A DNA stretch of 35,139 bases from a virus (Duplodnaviria > Caudoviricetes). The translations under genes and the position numbers were made by a program. The stretch spans positions 1 to 35,139 of the IMG/VR virus record IMGVR_UViG_3300037295_000002; one strand, given 5' to 3'. The notes under the pieces were generated by a model. That model was not told the DNA's origin and made no database searches. It was given only the letters and a program-made list of their open reading frames with translations. Shown piece by piece: positions 1 to 5,507 of the stretch; positions within the stretch are counted from its first letter, which is position 1; each line of letters starts with the position of its first letter.

Positions 1-1198
1 CTGCGGTACCATTGTTATACGTTGCGCCCAAATCGGCTGTAGTTGCAGCACGTACTGCAGGTTTAACCGACAGACCTTCTGCAACTGAATCTACGTATGC
101 TTTATTAGCTGCATCGGAAGATTGAGTAGGGTCACCAAGACTAGTAATTCTTGAACCAGAAACATCAACTGTTCCTGCACCCTTTGCATCCAAGGTAATG
201 CTGATATCAGTAGCACCACCAGTAGCAGCAATGGTTGACCCATTTAAGTTCAAATTGTCAACGGTAAGTTCTGTCAATCCAGAAATACTTGTAGATGTTG
301 CTCCAAGAGCAACTGTCGTACTACCAAAGGTTATACTAGAGTTAGCTAACTGATTGTTATCGACACCGCCAGATTTAATGGTTACTTCTGCAGATGATAC
401 TGAAAAGTCATTACTCGAAAATGAAGCAACGCCTTTAACTGTTGTAGAGGCATCCTTTGCTGAAATTGTAACAGTGTTATTAGTTACTGTTGTATCAATT
501 GGATCAGTTCCAACAAATTCTAGTGTATCTGTTAAAAGAGAAACAGCATCTGTACCAGTATCACCAGCAATATTAAGATCTGTACTAATAGTAGTAGAAC
601 CAGCCGCAGTCAGTTGACCTTGAGCATTGACCGTAAAGGTCGGAATTGATGTACCAGAACCATATGAACCAGCAGTCACTTCAGTATTAGTAATCGATAC
701 GGTAGACGAATTACCCACATCAGAGTTAGTGACAGTAATACCAGTCCCAGCAGTTACTGCACCACCAACAGCATCGTAAATAAATTCAGCTAATGATACG
801 TTTTCATCACCAATATATGGATTTGTAATAATACTTTTGCCAGAGCCATTCGGCGTAATTAGTAAATTACCATTGATATTAGTTGTACTTAGCGTGTTAC
901 CATTTAACTCAAGGTTATCGATTAATAGATTATCAATTTTACTATTAGAATCAACAATAATTGCAGATAACGCTGTCAAGACGCCAGGTGTATGATCTAA
1001 TGCATCAGTAAAATATTTACCGCCAACAACCACATGGTTGACTGCATTTCCACCAGTTTCCGTTCCCATACCGACGTATAATCTATCTCCGCCATTTGAA
1101 CCATTATCTGGTAATCCAGAATACGCAAGTTCACCTGCTCCAAGTACAGCTGGATTACCAGATACTTCTGAGCGTTTAATTTTAATAGTTGATGCCAT
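1..1198 (-). CDS. Tail fibre / YadA-like-stalk-containing structural protein (3' end beyond window)
   Basis: Not in the ORF track because it runs off the edge. Translated by hand from ATG at 1198 with no stop to position 1: MASTIKIKRSEVSGNPAVLGAGELAYSGLPDNGSNGGDRLYVG... It contains typical fibre motifs VTAGSYGSGTSIPTFTVNAQGQLTAA, DASTTVKGVASF and RITSLGDPTQSSDAANKAYVD, and is G/S/T/N rich. Confidence 0.85.
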   Translation of the reverse strand, partial: MASTIKIKRSEVSGNPAVLGAGELAYSGLPDNGSNGGDRLYVGMGTETGGNAVNHVVVGGKYFTDALDHTPGVLTALSAIIVDSNSKIDNLLIDNLELNGNTLSTTNINGNLLITPNGSGKSIITNPYIGDENVSLAEFIYDAVGGAVTAGTGITVTNSDVGNSSTVSITNTEVTAGSYGSGTSIPTFTVNAQGQLTAAGSTTISTDLNIAGDTGTDAVSLLTDTLEFVGTDPIDTTVTNNTVTISAKDASTTVKGVASFSSNDFSVSSAEVTIKSGGVDNNQLANSSITFGSTTVALGATSTSISGLTELTVDNLNLNGSTIAATGGATDISITLDAKGAGTVDVSGSRITSLGDPTQSSDAANKAYVDSVAEGLSVKPAVRAATTADLGATYNNGTA

Positions 1199-1210
1199 TT
1201 CTATATCCAT

Positions 1211-1411
1211 TTAGTATTGACCGCATTCGATGGTTTGTTTTTCTAATAGCAGAGTTGAAGTCCACTTACCAGTAGTTTGTGAAAATACAAGCACAGAACC
1301 ATCTTTATTATCAGATACATCAATATTATTTAATTCATTTATAGATGACGGACGAACCTGTGATTTAATTATAAGATTATCTTGACTTCTTAATTTAACT
1401 TTTATAGACAT
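1211..1411 (-). CDS. Small fibre-associated protein (66 aa)
   Basis: Packed between co-oriented genes (3 and 12 nt gaps). The motif INELNNIDV...DGSVLVF...GKW...IECGQY resembles the 'LxDVD...GxVLVY...W' fibre repeat of T4-like environmental phages. Confidence 0.75.
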   Translation of the reverse strand: MSIKVKLRSQDNLIIKSQVRPSSINELNNIDVSDNKDGSVLVFSQTTGKWTSTLLLEKQTIECGQY

Positions 1412-1414
1412 ATA

Positions 1415-1759
1415 TCACTCAATAATTTTTGTAACTGATGGAATTAATTCAAAAATTCCTTCTAATAATTTTATCCTGCTATTACTTACTTCTGTGTTCA
1501 TTGCATAAATATCATATACATAACGCCCAGGCTTCATTGCTACAGTTTGCGTATGATCTAATTCTATTTTTATGACACCAGCTGAACTAAGTTTTATTAT
1601 AATAAACGATGTTGAAGATAAAGATTTATATGTTCTACGAATTTCGCCATAAATATTATAGTCAGTTACATCTATAGGATCGCCCAATGAATCTTCTAAC
1701 TCTAAGATAGTTTGAAATGACGCCCCCTGATCCGCTGAAATATTGGCGTAAGATGCCAT
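1415..1759 (-). CDS. Small Ig-like/BppU-N-like virion-associated protein, intact copy (A1)
   Basis: 114 aa with the pattern N-I-x-x-DQGASF...IRR...T..MKPGRYVYD...LLEG...PSVT, a family commonly found beside tail-fibre genes in T4-like phages. An AGGA SD-like motif and a late promoter lie upstream. Confidence 0.8.
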   Translation of the reverse strand: MASYANISADQGASFQTILELEDSLGDPIDVTDYNIYGEIRRTYKSLSSTSFIIIKLSSAGVIKIELDHTQTVAMKPGRYVYDIYAMNTEVSNSRIKLLEGIFELIPSVTKIIE

Positions 1760-1789
1760 AGTTTTAATTTCCTAAACATGTTATACTAT

Positions 1790-1797
1790 TATTTATA
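1790..1797 (-). promoter_or_regulatory. T4-type late promoter TATAAATA
   Basis: tatttata on the + strand, about 30 nt upstream of the A1 start codon. Confidence 0.75.
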
Positions 1798-1812
1798 TAT
1801 TTTAAATTCTCA

Positions 1813-1842
1813 AATATGAATGTATATAAATATATTCATATT
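1813..1842. repeat. 13-bp inverted repeat (one G/T mismatch, 4-nt loop) overlapping the + late promoter
   Basis: aatatgaatgtat-ataa-atatattcatatt. Confidence 0.55.
1825..1832 (+). promoter_or_regulatory. T4-type late promoter TATAAATA (for remnant B1)
   Basis: Exact TATAAATA, 33 nt before ATG 1866. Confidence 0.65.
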
Positions 1843-1843
1843 G

Positions 1844-1851
1844 TATTTATA
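1844..1851 (-). promoter_or_regulatory. Second minus-strand late promoter box
   Basis: tatttata on the + strand. Confidence 0.5.
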
Positions 1852-1852
1852 A

Positions 1853-2206
1853 CTATGGGATTATAATGGCCAGAAATTTTACCAAAAAAGGTTTACGCAG
1901 AGACTTTAACTTTTCAGATATTGTTAACCCAAGATCATCATCAAAGGCATATATGTCATACACATACCGACCGCTCTTCATACTAGCAGTTTGTTCTGAG
2001 GTTAATTCGACACGAATAACGCCACCGATGGCATTAGACTTAACAATGGTAAAGTCGACTGCATTTGTCGATTTGTATGTACGTCTAATTTGACCATATA
2101 AATTGTATTCGGTTAAATCTAAAGGGTCGCTATTGGCATCTTCTAACTCTAAGATAGTCTGAAAATCCGCACCCTGAGCTGCGCTAACATTAGCATATGA
2201 CGCCAT
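1853..2206 (-). pseudogene. 3'-truncated/chimeric second copy (A2) of the 114-aa protein
   Basis: About 64% identical to A1 over the first 87 aa (hand count 56/87). Similarity ends after GRYVYDIYA. The last ~25 residues (LGLTISEKLKSLRKPFLVKFLAIIIP) are the antisense reading of remnant B1. GAGG-like SD (gcaggaat) and promoter are retained, so it may still be expressed. Confidence 0.75.
1866..1936 (+). pseudogene. 5' remnant (about 22 codons) of a homologue of the 740-aa PA14-like gene (B1)
   Basis: MARNFTKKGLRRDFNFSDIVNP versus MARSFTKKGLRRDLNFSDIVNP at 2313: 20/22 aa and 53/66 nt identical. The frame then continues antisense to A2 until 2093. Confidence 0.85.
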
Positions 2207-2240
2207 TGAAGTGAATTCCTGCGGTTAATTGTTATAATAG

Positions 2241-2248
2241 TATTTATA
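2241..2248 (-). promoter_or_regulatory. T4-type late promoter TATAAATA (for A2)
   Basis: tatttata on the + strand, about 35 nt upstream of ATG 2206. Confidence 0.75.
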
Positions 2249-2267
2249 CTTTTCATTATTTAAAACG

Positions 2268-2275
2268 TATAAATA
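2268..2275 (+). promoter_or_regulatory. T4-type late promoter TATAAATA (for 740-aa gene)
   Basis: Exact TATAAATA, 37 nt before ATG 2313. Confidence 0.8.
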
Positions 2276-2292
2276 ACTACTGAATCAACTAT

Positions 2293-2300
2293 TATTTATA
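2293..2300 (-). promoter_or_regulatory. Second minus-strand late promoter box
   Basis: tatttata on the + strand. Forms a 9-bp inverted repeat with 2268-2276 (tataaataa...ttatttata). Confidence 0.5.
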
Positions 2301-2312
2301 AGAGAAAACTTC

Positions 2313-4535
2313 ATGGCCAGAAGCTTTACTAAAAAGGGTCTAAGACGAGACCTAAACTTTTCCGATATAGTCAACCCACAGAGATCGCTAGAAAATATTC
2401 TAAGTGGCCTAGTTGACATTACTGGAGAAAGTTTTATTTCAGAAGATCTTGATGCTATTCGTGAAATACGAGCGAGTACAATCACAAATGATGACTTTCT
2501 AAATATTACTGGGGCAGCATCTACGGTTCTTAATGAATCAGGTAATATTGTTGTATATAAACCAGTTATCAAGTTAAAGAATCGTTTTGATATTGCCGAA
2601 TACACTGTTGGAGAACCTCAGTTTTGGGGTGGAGATGGACTGACCAGTAGATACTACGAATCTAACCAAATTGATTCAAACTCGGCTAATGTATTCAGTG
2701 GAACGCCAACAAAGACTGATATATTTTGGGAACAAGGAAGATTTAACTTTGAATCTAAGATAGATGATTCCTTAAAAGATATTTATGGCGGAGCCGAATT
2801 TGTTGGATACTTTAAACCAACACGAAGTGGTCAATGGTCATTTGAGTTTGATACGACAATATTCTTTACATTTGAGTTTGATGATGGTTCTGGCAACTAT
2901 GTATTACTGGCAAGAAAATCTAAAATCGACTATAACTTCATGGTAAATGCAAACACTGCTGGTCAAGCATTTTTACAACTCCAGAGTGTTAATAATACAA
3001 AGAATATAATGATTGGTGATATTGTATATAATTCATCAATACCGCAGTTTGCAGATCTTGACAATCCAGTGAAAGTAATTTCTGTTGATGCAACAAATGG
3101 GAATATTGGAATATCCGAAGCGCTTTCTGCAAATGTTACTATCGGAACTGCATTCATATTCCGTTTTACTTTTGGTGGTTCAGAACCTCAAGAACGTGTT
3201 GTATTAACGCCAATACTCAGGGCATATACTAATTATAAAATCAGGACTAGGTTTTGGGTTCCTGATGAATCTTTTGTGGACTCGCGCACTGTTCGAGAAA
3301 TAGAGTATACTGTAACAGAACCTACTACCAGCGGAACATATTTAAATTATAAATGGTTGTACTCCGAGAACTATCCGATAGCGCCAGTATTAGGTACTCG
3401 TGAATATGGAGACTTTAAGTCCTTTTATCATAACAGGTTATTAGCCAATGGTGGTACAGTTGGTGGTAATGCCTCATATTCAGTGTATGAATCGGTATTG
3501 ACAACTAACACTTTACAGGTTACATATTCACCGCCAGCCTCATTATCTTCTGCCATTAAACAAACCAAATCGTTTAGTTTTACGGTCAATAGCGATATTT
3601 TAACAATAGGAATTACCGATGGAATTGAAATAGGTAATATTGTATTTGGCGCTGGTATAAATGCTAATACACGTGTAAACGATATTGCAATTAACTATGC
3701 GGTATTCCTTGATAAAATAATTGCATCCACACAAAGTGGCGTATCATTAAACTTCGTGGATCATAGAGGTCTTAATACATATGAATCATCTGCGACATGG
3801 TCGTCTGGTACAAATAGCATAACTGGTCTTGCTCCAGCAACGACTGCTAATATTCGTATCGGAGACGTTGTAGTTTGTAATGGTTCGCCCATATATAACA
3901 CAGTCCTTACTGTTGCTTCTACATCTGTAACTACAAGCAAAGCATTTACTATTGGTTCTGGGGCAGGAATTAATAGTGCAGTATTTTTCTATGCCGCAAA
4001 TGGACTTTACAATAACTCACTCAGAACATATTGCACCAATGTGTATTCTGGTATTACCACTGCTCAAAGTAATCTAGGATCTAATACTTTATTGATTGAC
4101 GATAACAGCGGAATAGCATCTGGTCAAGTTGTTCAATTTGGTTCAAGAATACCAACTGGTACAACTGTTGTGACAATTACTCCTTCTGGGGCAGACTTTA
4201 CGATCACCCTTTCTACAAACATTACAGACGATATACCTTCGGGACAATTGATTACATTTGCGCCTAGTGGCACGACAGATTCGAAAGAAATTTGTTTTCC
4301 GCCGACAGATACTTCTCCCCCATTTACTGCGACAGAGTTAGGTTTAGCGACAACAACTGCTAGACCTTCAATCGAAATTGCACCAGTAACTGGTACTGGT
4401 GAATTAAAGTTCGTGGGTCTTAGCGCAAATAATGTAACAACCCAAACAGTAACGATATCAGATACATATAATCGAACAATATCAATTAAAGACGGTCTGG
4501 GTAATACATATTCCGTATTAGCAACTACGACTTGA
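2313..4535 (+). CDS. Putative virion fibre/receptor-binding protein with PA14-like domain and repeated beta-rich modules (B2)
   Basis: 740 aa with its own late promoter. PA14-like elements GDGLTSRYYE...AEFVGYFKPTRSGQWSF...YKIRTRFW. Four related units NIMIGDIV, GIEIGNIV, NIRIGDVV, GIASGQVV. It is the only long + strand gene. Confidence 0.75.
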   Translation: MARSFTKKGLRRDLNFSDIVNPQRSLENILSGLVDITGESFISEDLDAIREIRASTITNDDFLNITGAASTVLNESGNIVVYKPVIKLKNRFDIAEYTVGEPQFWGGDGLTSRYYESNQIDSNSANVFSGTPTKTDIFWEQGRFNFESKIDDSLKDIYGGAEFVGYFKPTRSGQWSFEFDTTIFFTFEFDDGSGNYVLLARKSKIDYNFMVNANTAGQAFLQLQSVNNTKNIMIGDIVYNSSIPQFADLDNPVKVISVDATNGNIGISEALSANVTIGTAFIFRFTFGGSEPQERVVLTPILRAYTNYKIRTRFWVPDESFVDSRTVREIEYTVTEPTTSGTYLNYKWLYSENYPIAPVLGTREYGDFKSFYHNRLLANGGTVGGNASYSVYESVLTTNTLQVTYSPPASLSSAIKQTKSFSFTVNSDILTIGITDGIEIGNIVFGAGINANTRVNDIAINYAVFLDKIIASTQSGVSLNFVDHRGLNTYESSATWSSGTNSITGLAPATTANIRIGDVVVCNGSPIYNTVLTVASTSVTTSKAFTIGSGAGINSAVFFYAANGLYNNSLRTYCTNVYSGITTAQSNLGSNTLLIDDNSGIASGQVVQFGSRIPTGTTVVTITPSGADFTITLSTNITDDIPSGQLITFAPSGTTDSKEICFPPTDTSPPFTATELGLATTTARPSIEIAPVTGTGELKFVGLSANNVTTQTVTISDTYNRTISIKDGLGNTYSVLATTT

Positions 4536-5505
4536 GCAATATAAAATATTCAATCCCGTCAATGACGACGGGTATTTTATGAGTAAAACTTGTTGCTAAC
4601 CCAGAATCCGTACCGACTCCATCAACCGAGTCGAATTTAATTCCGTTTGAGAAATATAAATCACCAATATTGACCTGAGTTGATTTTGTTTGTAGTTTTT
4701 CACTTGCCTCTGTCCAAGGATTTGCGCTTGTAGAAAATGCACGAGTCTTTTGTATATCAAGAGGATTAGAAAATGGATCGGTGATATATATGCCAGGCGA
4801 ATTTTCTGTATCTAGTCGTACTTGTGAATTATTGTAATTAGCAGGATCTTCTATTTGATGTGATCCTTCAAGTGCTATTCTTCTGCCAGTTGACACTGAA
4901 TCATTACTTGCATACTTTTCGCGTCTGATAAAATTAAAATAATCTGTGTTAGTTTCAATGGTATCGAAGCCATCTGTAAATGACGTCCCGATATTATATG
5001 AAAAGGTATCGCCTTCAAGACTAGAATTATTGTTTAGAATACTTGGGGTTGCCAAATTCAATATATTATCTTTACTGACAGCGTCATTCCTGATGAACTT
5101 GACATTGCTTGTAATAGTACCTAATGCAACACGACTACCGCCTAATGTAGTGGATAGTCCAAATGCTAACTGTGAGCGTGTCGTTCCAACTCCAAGCTCA
5201 AGGTCAACAACATAATATGTAGTGTTTGCATTCAATGACCCAAGTGAATTTCCAGTGACCTTTACAGTATCACCGTTAGTGTAAACAAAAAATACGCTGG
5301 TCGGAAATATAAACTTGTTTGATGCGATGCTAGAACTTAGTGTATTATATTGCCAATCTAACTCAGAAGTGTTTCGTAGATTATTCCTGAAGAGCGCGAT
5401 ATCTAATTGAATATTTCCTCCTCCGAGGTTATTCAATATCTGACGGTCGTCTTGCGACTCTTCTAGATTACGCTCTTTTTCGAACCCTAAATTTCTTGAT
5501 GCCAT
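4525..5505 (-). CDS. Putative virion structural/fibre protein (326 aa)
   Basis: Last gene of the minus-strand structural operon. Has a small beta module (YTNGDTVKV...LNANTTYYVV...FGLSTT) and C-terminal FTHKIPVVIDGIEYFILL. Overlaps the convergent B2 gene by 11 nt. Confidence 0.75.
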   Translation of the reverse strand: MASRNLGFEKERNLEESQDDRQILNNLGGGNIQLDIALFRNNLRNTSELDWQYNTLSSSIASNKFIFPTSVFFVYTNGDTVKVTGNSLGSLNANTTYYVVDLELGVGTTRSQLAFGLSTTLGGSRVALGTITSNVKFIRNDAVSKDNILNLATPSILNNNSSLEGDTFSYNIGTSFTDGFDTIETNTDYFNFIRREKYASNDSVSTGRRIALEGSHQIEDPANYNNSQVRLDTENSPGIYITDPFSNPLDIQKTRAFSTSANPWTEASEKLQTKSTQVNIGDLYFSNGIKFDSVDGVGTDSGLATSFTHKIPVVIDGIEYFILLKS

Positions 5506-5507
5506 TT

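Noticed and set aside
1866-2378. Diversity-generating retroelement template/variable repeat pair
   Set aside because: Differences are mostly synonymous and not adenine-specific (many C/T), the repeat is at the N-terminus, and there is no reverse transcriptase in the window.
1415-4535. Invertible (Gin/Cin or shufflon-like) tail-fibre switch, suggested by the opposite-strand gene and duplicated gene starts
   Set aside because: The duplicated segments are direct, not inverted, and only about 65-80% similar. No inverted recombination sites were found flanking the gene, and no recombinase is in the window.
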